Below, in pieces: positions 1 through 9,819 of a DNA stretch of 64,000 nt. The translations under genes were made by a program, and so were the position numbers. Numbering within the stretch: the first letter of the stretch is position 1; the number at the start of each line of letters is the position of its first letter. This stretch comes from Candidatus Spongiisociaceae bacterium (GTDB taxonomy: Bacteria > Actinomycetota > Acidimicrobiia > Spongiisociales > Spongiisociaceae), in assembly GCA_965262915.1 (NCBI GenBank), contig OZ253564.1, positions 928,001 to 992,000 of the forward strand, written 5' to 3'. The notes under the pieces are model-generated. The model was given only the letters and a program-made list of their open reading frames with translations, made no database searches and was not told where the DNA came from.

Positions 1-1
1 G

Positions 2-676
2 CCCGCGATACCTGACCGTGTTGCGGCGAGTTCTGGGGGCAATAGCTGTAGCTTCTTGTTCGGAGGTTGGCATCCGAAGACAGGCGAGTACTTCACCAAC
101 TACCACATCGAAGGCATCGGCTGGGGTGGAACCGTAGCGGGAAACGGTAACAACTCGCAGAACGTCATCAACGGCAATTGTCGCAACACACCAATCGAGG
201 TTTTCGAAACCCGGTTTCCCGTCCGCGTGGGATGGCTCCGGCTCGTCCCTGACTCCGGAGGTGCCGGCCAGACGCGTGGCGGCCTCGCGTGTGAGCGTAT
301 GCTCGAGGTTCTGTCCCCTGAACTCACCGTCGCCGAATTCACCGATCGGATGACAACACAGGCATGGGGCCTTTTCGGAGGATCACCCGGCTCGAGCACA
401 GCGACATTTATGAGACTGCGTGGAACTGATGAGTGGGCAACGGTGGGAAACATGTTCGGTACAGTCTCGAACAGCAAGTATTCCGGCATCAAGCTGAAGG
501 AAGGTGATTGCGTATTGCTACGGACTGCCGGCGGGGGAGGATACGGCCCGCCGACGAATCGCGATCAGGCCCTTGTGGCAGCGGACGTTGCCGACGGATT
601 TATTACTCCCGAGGCGGCCCTCCGCTATTACGGCGTTCGGATTGCCACTGATCACCAATCGAGACAAGCACCGTGA
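2..676 (+). CDS. Hydantoinase B/oxoprolinase family protein, C-terminal part (5' end outside window)
   Basis: Frame open from base 2; motifs NTPIEVFETRFP, DSGGAGQTRGG, TAGGGGYG and DVADGFITPEAA...YG typical of HyuB/OplA C-terminus. Confidence 0.9.
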   Translation, partial: PAIPDRVAASSGGNSCSFLFGGWHPKTGEYFTNYHIEGIGWGGTVAGNGNNSQNVINGNCRNTPIEVFETRFPVRVGWLRLVPDSGGAGQTRGGLACERMLEVLSPELTVAEFTDRMTTQAWGLFGGSPGSSTATFMRLRGTDEWATVGNMFGTVSNSKYSGIKLKEGDCVLLRTAGGGGYGPPTNRDQALVAADVADGFITPEAALRYYGVRIATDHQSRQAP

Positions 677-900
677 GTGGAGACTGGGTCACCCTTGATC
701 GCCCGCTCTATGAGACGGAGATACAGGCTTGCTCTGCGTGCGGTGCGATGATTGCCGGACGCGGTTGGTGGACTGCCTCACCTGAGGGGCGCCTTTTATG
801 CGGACCGGAATGCGAGCAACTCGAGGTTCGTGTGTCCGAGTTGCGAGAGCGCTATCGAAGCGACGGAAGGCAGTTTGCTTCGTTGAGTATGGAGCCGTGA
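673..900 (+). CDS. Small Cys-rich putative zinc-binding protein
   Basis: 75 aa with CSAC and CGPEC; GTGA overlap with the upstream gene and abuts the downstream gene. Confidence 0.65.
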   Translation: MSGDWVTLDRPLYETEIQACSACGAMIAGRGWWTASPEGRLLCGPECEQLEVRVSELRERYRSDGRQFASLSMEP

Positions 901-902
901 GC

Positions 903-1796
903 GTGGCTGAGCACGTCATAAGCCTGGGCCCACTCCTATACGAGATTAGCCGGCTCCGCGAGCCGATGATAACGATCGACCCTGGGGATAGCGTCGTGGT
1001 TGAGACGGAAGACGCGTTCTCCGGACAGGTTCGGTTGCCCGGGGATGTCCGAGATCGCACGGCCCTACCGCTCAGTGATCCCGTCGCCGGGCCCATCGTC
1101 GTAAGCGGGGCTGAACCAGGGGATTCGCTACGCGTGTACATCGTTGACATCGAGCCACTTCTCGGCCAATGCGCGACCTACGTACTGCCTGCCCCGCCTG
1201 TTGTAGCCGCGCTCGCATCGCCAGTGCCGGATATGACGCGAATTTGCCAGATTGTGGATGGTCAGATCCTCTGGAGCGAGGACTTCACAATCCCGTATCG
1301 CCCTATGATCGGAACAATCGCTTGTGCTCCGGCCATGGGGGCCGCAACGACAGTATCCGCTGGCGACTATGGGGGCAACATGGACCTCCGCGAGGTTGCT
1401 CCTGGGTCTACTGTGATGCTTCCGGTGTTCGTTCCCGGTGGATTCCTGTACCTGGGGGATTGCCACGCCGCGCAAGGTGCGGGCGAGGTAAGCGGTATCG
1501 GGTTGGAGATGCCTGCACGAAGCCGGATCGTCGTTGATCTGGAGAAGAGCATCGAGTTGCGGTGGCCACGGATCGAGACGGAGAGCGATCTAATGGCTGT
1601 AGCGTGTGGGAGACCGCTCGATGAGGCAGTTGGCGTAGCGTTCAGTCGGCTCGCAGTGTGGATGGAGAGAAGCTATGGCTGGGCCTGCTGGGAGGCATTG
1701 AGCCTGCTCTCACAGGTGGGCGAGGTCAGCGTTGGCTACTACTGGGGTGGCGGCGTTGCTGCGAAGGTATCCAAGTCGTATGTCCAACGAACCTAG
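903..1796 (+). CDS. Acetamidase/formamidase family protein
   Basis: GPIVVSGAEPGD, PMIGTI, GGNMD and LYLGDCHAAQGAGE motifs; GTG at 903 follows GGAG at 891-894 (GTG at 897 is an alternative). Confidence 0.9.
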   Translation: MAEHVISLGPLLYEISRLREPMITIDPGDSVVVETEDAFSGQVRLPGDVRDRTALPLSDPVAGPIVVSGAEPGDSLRVYIVDIEPLLGQCATYVLPAPPVVAALASPVPDMTRICQIVDGQILWSEDFTIPYRPMIGTIACAPAMGAATTVSAGDYGGNMDLREVAPGSTVMLPVFVPGGFLYLGDCHAAQGAGEVSGIGLEMPARSRIVVDLEKSIELRWPRIETESDLMAVACGRPLDEAVGVAFSRLAVWMERSYGWACWEALSLLSQVGEVSVGYYWGGGVAAKVSKSYVQRT

Positions 1797-1830
1797 GCAG
1801 TGAGTCGAAATGAGGAAGTGAGTTCGCAAT

Positions 1831-2682
1831 ATGAACACACCTCGACCGAAGATTGGTAGCATGAACGATTCACGCGACGTTTCATTCGAGTTCCCATCGA
1901 TAGAACATCCGGCGTTGCTTCAAGTACTTCTCGAAGAGGCCAAGCGACGCAGTGTTCCTATCCACCGTATATCTATGGGTGGTGGAACCCGCATGCTGAC
2001 GAATGGCGAACGCGAGGACATGCTCAGTCAAGCGCACGAGCACGGTATCGACGTCTACTCATTCATATCGTCCCGCAACTCGTTCGAGCCTCTCGTTGAC
2101 AAAGGAGCAGGCGACCAGTTGCGAGGTGAAGTCGCGTTCCAAGATGCTATTGAAGAACTCCATCGATGCTCTGAATGGGGAATCGATGGAGTTCTCGTCG
2201 CAGACCTGGGGCTTCTCGATGCCGCGAACAAACTACGTATGAGCGGTGATCTGCTCGGACTCGCCTTCAAGACATCCGTAGTAATAGCTCCAACGAACGC
2301 CGCTACCGCCCAGCTGTATGAGAGGCTTGGGGCTACAAGTATCAATGTATCCGGTTCGTCGACGATCGATGATCTGGCTGCGATGCGCTCCCGGCTCTCA
2401 AGTTCCACCAGTCTCGATATCTACATCGAGATCTCTGCCGATTTGGCCGGAGGACTCCGCTACCGAGATGCTGCTGCTCTCGTGGAAGAGGCTGCTCCCG
2501 TGCATCTCAAGTTCGGGTTGCTAAACGCACCGACGCTATATCCGTATGGAGCGCATCTCGAGGCTATCGCACAGCAAACCGCCCGCGAGAAGGTCCGACG
2601 CGCCCAGCTCGTATGCGAAGACCTCGCCAGAGCAGGAGTCAATATACAAGCCGCAGTAGGCGCGAAGGCTAACAGCGTTTGA
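1831..2682 (+). CDS. U32-peptidase-like TIM-barrel protein (function unknown)
   Basis: EFPSIE..., PIHRISMGGG, GIDGVLVADLGLL, LGATSINV and LDIYIE resemble the actinobacterial U32-annotated family. Confidence 0.7.
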   Translation: MNTPRPKIGSMNDSRDVSFEFPSIEHPALLQVLLEEAKRRSVPIHRISMGGGTRMLTNGEREDMLSQAHEHGIDVYSFISSRNSFEPLVDKGAGDQLRGEVAFQDAIEELHRCSEWGIDGVLVADLGLLDAANKLRMSGDLLGLAFKTSVVIAPTNAATAQLYERLGATSINVSGSSTIDDLAAMRSRLSSSTSLDIYIEISADLAGGLRYRDAAALVEEAAPVHLKFGLLNAPTLYPYGAHLEAIAQQTAREKVRRAQLVCEDLARAGVNIQAAVGAKANSV

Positions 2683-2882
2683 ATGTCAGTGACCTTGTAA
2701 CATCCGTGCCTACCATCGATCTTGGCCAAGTAGAGGTGAACATTTCCCAGCCCCAAATGTCCGCTGATGAACGTAGGCTCAGAAACAGACCTGACTCCAA
2801 GGCCCACAAACTGCCGTGCAGAGCCCATATGCAAGTCCAGGCCAGCACAGTAGTAATCGCCTCCCGGAGTAGTGTGAAACGC

Positions 2883-2901
2883 CTTCCGACACTGTCGGAA
2901 G
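2883..2901. promoter_or_regulatory. Perfect 9-1-9 palindrome, candidate operator
   Basis: CTTCCGACA-C-TGTCGGAAG, about 220 bp upstream of the Ldh_2 gene. Confidence 0.35.
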
Positions 2902-3121
2902 CTGAGTTTATGGCTGCCGCGGCTATTCGTAACTTTCAGATCCTCTTGTCCGTGATCGGGTGCCGGATTGTCGAACGCTGTGCGGCTGTGGTTGATCGCG
3001 TGGGTTACAAACCACGATTCGAGAAGAACCCTACGAGGAAGAGGGCATTCCCAGAGTTCGATTTGCTGGCTGCCCAAGGCAGCCATCTACAGAATTCAGA
3101 AGCGACGGGAGGCCGTTTTCG

Positions 3122-4174
3122 ATGACACACGGCCGACGACTGTCCCCATCGGTATTGCACGGCTGGGCGACCGAGATCGTACGTTCGGCGGGAGCCTCCG
3201 TACCAGCAGCAGAGGCAACAGCGACAGCGCTGATTGACGCCAACCTACGCGGCCTGGACACACACGGCCTCGTCCTGCTCAGGTTGTATCTGCCTCGACT
3301 GAGAAGCGGGACAATCGATGGGCAGGCGAAACCCGAGGTTATCAACGACCTTCCGGGTGCGGTAGTAGTCGATGCTCGAAACGCACTTGGTCCATACGCA
3401 GCGACAATCGCAACCGAACTCTGCTGTGACAAGGCCGAGAGCAGCGGTGCTGCTGTCGCGCTCGTTCGGAGATCGAACCACTTCGGAGCGGCGTCGGTGT
3501 ACTCGGAGCAAGCGGTTCGGCGAGGCTGCGCGGCCATTGTTTTTTCGAATAGCGACCCGGGTTTAGCTCCACGGGGAGCTCTCGGTCCGATTCTTGGAAC
3601 CAATCCTCTGGCAATCGCCGTGCCCGCGCACGCCGAAGAGATCGCCCCTTCCCTCGATATCGCCACCAGCGTCGTCGCTCTCGGTCGAGTCCGAGCCGCG
3701 GCGCGAGCCGGAGACCGTCTCCCACCAGGATGGGCGATAGGGCCCGATGGAGCGCCGACCGAGGAGCCCGAACTCGCTCTTGCCGGCAGTCTGCTCCCTT
3801 TCGGAGAGCACAAGGGATTCGCGCTTGCCTTCATGATTGACACGTTGGCCGGATGTCTGGCAGGGGCACGAACAAGCCCGTCGATAAGTGCCGATCCGGT
3901 TGGGCTCAAGCCCCAACATCTAGGTCACTTCATCCTGGCCATCAGCCTTGGAGCCGTGGGCAACATGGCGGGTATTCTATCCTGTGTCGAAGCACTGACA
4001 GACACAGTGCATACGGCGGGGAGAGCTAAGGAGGTTCGACCATTCCTGATCCCCGGAGAACGTGAAGCACGGTTGGCCGCCGAGCGTCGCACGAGGATCC
4101 CAATCGGATCTGGAGATCTCGCCTTGCTCGAGGGTCTCGGCCGTGATTTCAACGTGACCTTCCCGAGTCGCTAG
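3122..4174 (+). CDS. Ldh_2 family oxidoreductase (malate/L-sulfolactate/ureidoglycolate dehydrogenase-like)
   Basis: ANLRGLDTHG, SNHFGA, LGTNPLA, LDIATS, HKGFAL and IPGERE motifs. Confidence 0.92.
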   Translation: MTHGRRLSPSVLHGWATEIVRSAGASVPAAEATATALIDANLRGLDTHGLVLLRLYLPRLRSGTIDGQAKPEVINDLPGAVVVDARNALGPYAATIATELCCDKAESSGAAVALVRRSNHFGAASVYSEQAVRRGCAAIVFSNSDPGLAPRGALGPILGTNPLAIAVPAHAEEIAPSLDIATSVVALGRVRAAARAGDRLPPGWAIGPDGAPTEEPELALAGSLLPFGEHKGFALAFMIDTLAGCLAGARTSPSISADPVGLKPQHLGHFILAISLGAVGNMAGILSCVEALTDTVHTAGRAKEVRPFLIPGEREARLAAERRTRIPIGSGDLALLEGLGRDFNVTFPSR

Positions 4175-4176
4175 CC

Positions 4177-4983
4177 GTGGAAACACGAGCCTTCGGTTCC
4201 ACCGGCCTGAACCTCCCTGTCGTAGGTCTGGGCACATGGTCAACGTTTGATCTCCCGGCGTCTCGCGAGGCCACCGCCTCCGGAGTTGTAGCGGAAGCAT
4301 TGGGCGCAGGCACTCGCCTCTTTGACACCTCTCCGATGTATGGGCGCTCGGAAGCCGTCTTATCGAGAGCGCTTGCCGATCGCCGGGCTGACAGCATCGT
4401 CGCCACCAAGATATGGGCACAATCCGAGACCGAGGGACATCACCAGTTCGCCCGGCAAGTCGAACTATTCGGTGGTTGGATCGACCTGGAGCAGGTGCAC
4501 AACCTTGTCGCCTGGAGAGCACACCTCTCATTCCTTGAGAAGGAACGAGACCGGGGTCGAATCGGGCTCATCGGTGCCACCCATCTCGATTCTGGCGCAT
4601 TCGACGAACTCGAAGTGGTGATGAATACCGGCCGGATCGACGCTATCCAGATCCCGTACAATCCATGGGAGCGGGTTGTTGAACAGAGGATCCTCCCACT
4701 CGCAGAAGAACTCGGCCTCGGTGTCATCGTCATGCGACCCTTCGCAGAAGGCGCGCTTTTCCACCAACCCGACTCATCCGAGATCGAAAGGCTGGGAGTC
4801 CGTTCGTGGTCGGAGGCGTTACTCAAGTGGGTGTTGTCGGACAGCCGCGTGCATGTTGTCATACCCGCCACAAGCAAGCGAGACCACGCGCGACTCAACG
4901 CGATTGCGGGGAGCGCTCCGTACCTACATGCCGACCAGCGTGCCGCTGTCGAGCGCCTCGCAGGCGATTGGGAGACCGCGTGA
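4177..4983 (+). CDS. Aldo/keto reductase
   Basis: VGLGTW, FDTSPMYGRSE, VATKIW, IDLEQVHN and VIPATS motifs. Confidence 0.92.
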   Translation: METRAFGSTGLNLPVVGLGTWSTFDLPASREATASGVVAEALGAGTRLFDTSPMYGRSEAVLSRALADRRADSIVATKIWAQSETEGHHQFARQVELFGGWIDLEQVHNLVAWRAHLSFLEKERDRGRIGLIGATHLDSGAFDELEVVMNTGRIDAIQIPYNPWERVVEQRILPLAEELGLGVIVMRPFAEGALFHQPDSSEIERLGVRSWSEALLKWVLSDSRVHVVIPATSKRDHARLNAIAGSAPYLHADQRAAVERLAGDWETA

Positions 4984-5274
4984 CGGAGGGGGCTCTCGCG
5001 ATTCTCGTGGATTGCCGACGGTCGTGGACTCCGATCCTGGAGCCCGGAGCTTGCCACAAACCCAGACGTGCCGGCGTCGGCCCGGCACACCACCAGTCAA
5101 AACATCCCGACTCCACGAAACCAGGGCATCACCCCACTCTCCGATAGACCCGAGGCGGTTCATACTCCAAGATCGGGTAATTGTTGACCCCCAAGGTTTC
5201 TGGATACCTCAACCGCTCAGCGGTGGATTACCACCCGTACCCCTCGGAATTACTCCTCTAGGCCGGCTCTCCCC

Positions 5275-6339
5275 TTATCCGCCCTTGCCCGAGACCCGTA
5301 GCACGATCTTGCCGACGTTGCGTCTCGACCGGAGGTCGGCATAGGCCTCCCGGATGCGGCGTAGGGGCCGGACGGAGTCGATTCCGGGATGGATCCTGCT
5401 TGCTGCCGCCAGGTCGAGACACCGCCGCATACCTCGGCTGGTGGATCCCGAACTGCCGTAGATCGCCACCCGCGATCTGAACAGCCAGTTGTTGTTGAGC
5501 TGAACGAGGGGTCCCGCATGCGATCCGCATACGACGACCCTCGCCCGGTTGCGCAAGGTCTTGAGGGCCTCATTCCACACCGTCGGGTTACTGGCCGGTT
5601 CCAGGTACACGGTGACCCCTTCCGGGGCGATCTCGCGGACCGAATCCGAGAATTCGGGCTCCGCCGTGTAGTCGATGGTCGCATCGGCGCCCGCCGCGGC
5701 TGCCTGCGATGCCCGGTCGGGTGACCCGGCGGCTCCGATCACGATGGCACCTGCGAGTTTGGCGAGTTGCACCGCGGCGAAGCCGATAGCGCCCGACGCT
5801 CCGGTCACGAGCACGACATCCTCTCCGGTAAGGCTCACACGCGTGAACATCTGCTCCGCCACGGGAAAGGAGTGGGCGAGCGCGGTGGCCTGCGCATGGC
5901 CGAGGCTGTCTGCGATGGGAAATACGCTGCGTTCGGGGACGGTCACGTACTCGGCATGTCCGCCCCATCGGTGAACCCCCACGTTGTGCAGGGACGGGCA
6001 GGAGTCGTCCTCACCGCGTTCGCAGGATTCACAGATGCCGCACGCTATCGGCGGTTTCACGACCACGCGCCGGCCGACATCGAGAGAGGAGACCTCCGAA
6101 CCGCGGCCCGCGACCACTCCCGACGGGTCGATACCCATCACATGGGGGAAGGACAGGTTGGCCTTGTGAGCCCGTCCGGACATGGTGAAGAGGTCCTGGT
6201 GGTTGACCGCAACCGTCCGAACCCGGATCAACACCTCGTCCGCGGCCGGTGCCGGCACCGGCAAGCGGGTTTCGACGATGTGCTGGGGGCCTCCCACCTC
6301 CACCAGCGCCATCACGTGCATGGTGTCCGGTACGTTCAC
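5275..6339 (-). CDS. Zinc-binding alcohol dehydrogenase/quinone oxidoreductase (MDR family)
   Basis: Structural Zn motif CGICESCERGEDDSC, VTGASGAIG and C-terminal GKIVL. Confidence 0.9.
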   Translation of the reverse strand: MNVPDTMHVMALVEVGGPQHIVETRLPVPAPAADEVLIRVRTVAVNHQDLFTMSGRAHKANLSFPHVMGIDPSGVVAGRGSEVSSLDVGRRVVVKPPIACGICESCERGEDDSCPSLHNVGVHRWGGHAEYVTVPERSVFPIADSLGHAQATALAHSFPVAEQMFTRVSLTGEDVVLVTGASGAIGFAAVQLAKLAGAIVIGAAGSPDRASQAAAAGADATIDYTAEPEFSDSVREIAPEGVTVYLEPASNPTVWNEALKTLRNRARVVVCGSHAGPLVQLNNNWLFRSRVAIYGSSGSTSRGMRRCLDLAAASRIHPGIDSVRPLRRIREAYADLRSRRNVGKIVLRVSGKGG

Positions 6340-6364
6340 GGCGTCCTACCCGAAAGGCGGCTCA

Positions 6365-7867
6365 TCAGCTCGGCATCTCGTCCTTGCCGGAGGGGTCTTG
6401 GGCTTTCGAGGATACCGGGCGCCTTCCGGAAATCGGTGCGGGTCGATTCCGGGAGCCTGGCCACACTCCATCCGGGCCAGGATTTCTGATGAGGTACCGG
6501 GCAATGATGGCGGCCCCGGCCAGAGCCAGGAGGGAGAGCCCGGTTTCGCCCACCGGGAATCCGGAACCGATCATCGGAAGGGAAAGGTCACGCTGGATGA
6601 TTCCTGTCGTCACCGCGCCCCCTGCAGACCCGCCTAGGAAGAATCCAAGGTAGAAGAGGCCGATGGCTATCGACTGGGAGGGCCCCTCGAAGCGCTGCGT
6701 CACGGCATCCACCAGTGGCGGTGTCAGAAGCCCGAACCCGATTCCCAGAGGTATCACGATCACGGCCACCGAAGCGAGGCTGCGGTCTATACCGAGCACA
6801 GCTAGCAAACCGGTTCCCGCGAATAGGAACAGTAAGGACACCAATGTGGTGGCGCTATGACCCAACCGTCGTACCAAGACGCCGTTGACGGTGGATGCGA
6901 TGGCAACCGACGCGGCCGTCGGCACGATGACAAGCCCGATCCCCACCGCGTCGATCGTATGAACCCTCGACAGTGCGGAAGGCAGTGCCACGATCGTTCC
7001 CAGATAGGCAGCGCTCCCCACCAGACCTGCGGCCGCCAATGGGAGAAACGCCGGATCACGCACAACCGACAGCGGAATGAACGGGGCCGGATGCCGTCTC
7101 GCCCGGGTGGCGGAGAGCAGAGCGCCCAGCATGGCCATCACAACGGCACCCCCCGTCACGAGGGTGGCGCCCTCGACGGGGAACCGGTTCATCGCGAATA
7201 CAAAGCTGCCGATCATCAGGATTGCAGATCCGGCTCCGGCGTAGTCGAGTTGACGGGTCCGGTCCCCACGCTGCGGCTGGTCGTACCAGACGAAGACCGC
7301 GACCGGGGAGATCAGCATTCCAATCGCTACGGCGGCTCGCCAGCTGACGAGGTCTACGAGCAGGCCTCCGATAATAGGGCCGAGTGCCTGGGCGATGCCC
7401 ACCACCGCGGTGATGATCCCGTAGGCGAACTGGCGCCGTTCGGGCGGGAATCTCGTGGCGAGGATGGCCACCGAGAGCGTTGGTATCGCGCCCGAGCCTG
7501 CGCCCTGGATCACCCGGGCCCCGATCAGAACAGGCAGCGTCGGGGCAACGACCGCTACCAGAGACCCGAACGCCAGGAGCAGGATCCCGAACGAGAGGGT
7601 CCTTCCCAGCCCGAAGCGGGCGGCGAGCCTCCCGTAGAGAGCGGTGGCCACCGCGAACGTCCCGGAGTATCCGAAGACGACCCACCCGACATCCGCCGGG
7701 CCGGCGCCGAAGGCCTGCCCGATGGCGGGTTGGGAGACTGCCGACGCCGACGTGTTGGCCACGGTCAGGAACACGGCCGCGGCCACCATCGCCAGGATGG
7801 CGGCGGGGGACAGGCGACCTTTAGCGGCGGTCACGAAGCGGATCCGTTGTACGCGTCCGGAAGACAT
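6365..7867 (-). CDS. MFS transporter (DHA2-like, about 14 TM)
   Basis: GRLAARFG motif A, ARVIQGAG, GPIIGG and many hydrophobic segments. Confidence 0.9.
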   Translation of the reverse strand: MSSGRVQRIRFVTAAKGRLSPAAILAMVAAAVFLTVANTSASAVSQPAIGQAFGAGPADVGWVVFGYSGTFAVATALYGRLAARFGLGRTLSFGILLLAFGSLVAVVAPTLPVLIGARVIQGAGSGAIPTLSVAILATRFPPERRQFAYGIITAVVGIAQALGPIIGGLLVDLVSWRAAVAIGMLISPVAVFVWYDQPQRGDRTRQLDYAGAGSAILMIGSFVFAMNRFPVEGATLVTGGAVVMAMLGALLSATRARRHPAPFIPLSVVRDPAFLPLAAAGLVGSAAYLGTIVALPSALSRVHTIDAVGIGLVIVPTAASVAIASTVNGVLVRRLGHSATTLVSLLFLFAGTGLLAVLGIDRSLASVAVIVIPLGIGFGLLTPPLVDAVTQRFEGPSQSIAIGLFYLGFFLGGSAGGAVTTGIIQRDLSLPMIGSGFPVGETGLSLLALAGAAIIARYLIRNPGPDGVWPGSRNRPAPISGRRPVSSKAQDPSGKDEMPS

Positions 7868-7972
7868 ACGATGGCTGTCGAAGTGGATCCGGGTCGTGTA
7901 CGGTGAAGTGGGCGGGCCGGATGCGCCAGTCGGAGGGAGAATTGCCCGTGAGCTCTATGTGTGCCTCCGCTA

Positions 7973-8000
7973 ACGTGTATACAGAGCACTGTATACACGT
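7973..8000. promoter_or_regulatory. Perfect 12-4-12 palindrome with two TGTATACA boxes, candidate GntR-type operator
   Basis: ACGTGTATACAG-AGCA-CTGTATACACGT between the divergent MFS and ABC ATPase genes. Confidence 0.7.
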
Positions 8001-8061
8001 GAACCCGGGGATATGACGATGCAAGCCGTATCCCTCCTCGGGTTCGAAGGGGAGCGCGGCG

Positions 8062-8880
8062 TTGGCTAACCCGAAGATCGAGATCGAGCACGTCGACAAG
8101 TATTACCGGTCGACCGGCACATCATCGAAGCGCCTCGGCAGGCGGGGGAGGATGCATACGGCGGTCCAGGCGCTGCGCGACGCCAACCTGACTGTGGCCG
8201 AGGGAGAATTCGTCAGCTTGATCGGACCGAGCGGATGTGGCAAGACCACTCTCTTGAAGGTGCTGGACGGCTTGGTGCCCTACGACACAGGATCCGTGAG
8301 GGTATCGGGAAGGCCGGTAACAGGACCCGGTCGCGACCGGGCGTTCGTGTTCCAACACTTCGGCTTGTTCCCTTGGCGGACCGTGATGGGGAACGTGACG
8401 CTTCCTCTGGAGGCCGCCGGGAAGTCAAGGGCCGAGCGTGAGGAGACTGCCTGGAATTACATACGCATGGTGGGCCTCGAGAGCTTCGCCAACCATCACC
8501 CCCACGAGTTGTCGGGTGGTATGCAGCAGCGGGTCGGGATTGCCAGAGCCTTGGCGGTGGATCCGGAGATCCTGCTCATGGACGAGCCGTTCGGCGCGCT
8601 GGACGCCCAGACCCGCGAGTTGATGCAGATCGAGCTCCTCAGGATCTGGGAGAAGACTCGCAAGACGGTCGTGTTCGTCACCCACAGCGTGGACGAGGCT
8701 ATCTTCCTGTCCAGGCGGGTAGCGATCATGTCGGCCCATCCGGGGACGATCAGCGAAGTCATCGAAGTCCCCTTCGGATATCCGAGGACCGAAGGGGACC
8801 TGAAGCGGGATCCGGTTTTCGCCGACATGCGGTACGACATCTGGAATAAACTGCTGCCGGGCAAGTCCGCCACCGTCTGA
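8062..8880 (+). CDS. ABC transporter ATP-binding protein, NitT/TauT/SsuB family
   Basis: GPSGCGKT, LSGGMQQR, LLMDEPFGALD and VTH motifs. Confidence 0.95.
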   Translation: MANPKIEIEHVDKYYRSTGTSSKRLGRRGRMHTAVQALRDANLTVAEGEFVSLIGPSGCGKTTLLKVLDGLVPYDTGSVRVSGRPVTGPGRDRAFVFQHFGLFPWRTVMGNVTLPLEAAGKSRAEREETAWNYIRMVGLESFANHHPHELSGGMQQRVGIARALAVDPEILLMDEPFGALDAQTRELMQIELLRIWEKTRKTVVFVTHSVDEAIFLSRRVAIMSAHPGTISEVIEVPFGYPRTEGDLKRDPVFADMRYDIWNKLLPGKSATV

Positions 8881-9369
8881 TACGCTCTTCCGATCCAGAC
8901 GACAAGCGGTGCCGGTCAGCGAGTATCCCCGGCGCTCGGGGGTTTCCGGATTTCGAGAACTGATCGACCCCTTTGGGGGCTTTCAGCCGCGGTTAGCCGG
9001 AACGCGAAAATCCATGGTCGTCGGGATTCACCCATTCGGGCCCTCCCCCGCTGCCACCTCCTCGATCTCGGAGCGTGTTCATGTACGCCTCTAGTTAGGG
9101 CTCGCTCCGGCAACATGATCCCTGCCACGGCCCGATCGACGCCGAAGAACCTGACCGTTGGTGAATATGGCTACCTAACAATATACAACGGACCACTGAC
9201 AGGAATACCCCCTTGCACCCGGCTCGGATGGGTCAATACACGCCTCCGGTTCGAAACCCCATGAGATCAAATGCTGATCGGGAGATTCCGGCTCAGGTCA
9301 GATCCGGCTGCGAAACTCGGAAGACCGGAGAACCGGCGAACACCGAAGAGCAAGAGAGGTGGACATTCA

Positions 9370-9660
9370 ATGCCAAGATTGAGATTGGAACTGAGTTGGG
9401 AGCCTCGACCCGCAACGAAGAGAGAGGCTGCTGTCAACACCCTAATATGGACGGGGCGGGTCCTGATTCTCCTTTCCCTCGTCGTAGGGTTCTTTGGAAT
9501 CCCCATGGTGTGGTTGGCAGTAGCGATGCTGATGATCTACCCGCTCTACGTTGCGATCTACTGGCGGGCTATCAGCGTCAGGCGGCCGGAGGTTGTCACC
9601 TTGGTGGTAATCGCCGTGGCGCTCGCGGCCTTGTTCATCATTGCAATCGGTCTTCGGTGA
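9370..9660 (+). CDS. Small hypothetical membrane protein
   Basis: About three hydrophobic helices; ATG at 9370 preceded by AGAGGTGG; start uncertain. Confidence 0.5.
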   Translation: MPRLRLELSWEPRPATKREAAVNTLIWTGRVLILLSLVVGFFGIPMVWLAVAMLMIYPLYVAIYWRAISVRRPEVVTLVVIAVALAALFIIAIGLR

Positions 9661-9754
9661 ATTGTCCGATGTAACCAGGCCTTTCAACAGCCTTTCCGTT
9701 CATCGAACGTGGGTAAGCAGGATCGTCGCGCGTCCGGTGAGGTACGCGGAGCAT

Positions 9755-9791
9755 TCGATCGTCGTTCCGGGTCTCCCGGGACGACGATCGA
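9755..9791. terminator. Strong hairpin between convergent genes, probable bidirectional terminator
   Basis: TCGATCGTCGTTCCGGG-TCT-CCCGGGACGACGATCGA, 17-bp stem with one G-U pair. Confidence 0.6.
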
Positions 9792-9819
9792 CCGGGGTTC
9801 CCCTTGACCTACGATCCGG

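Noticed and set aside
2679-3125. 148-aa ORF bridging two genes
   Set aside because: No recognisable motif, TTG start and atypical composition; cannot be supported despite the neat overlaps
9246-9262. GGTTCGAAACC resembling a tRNA T-loop
   Set aside because: No cloverleaf, acceptor stem or anticodon arm can be formed around it
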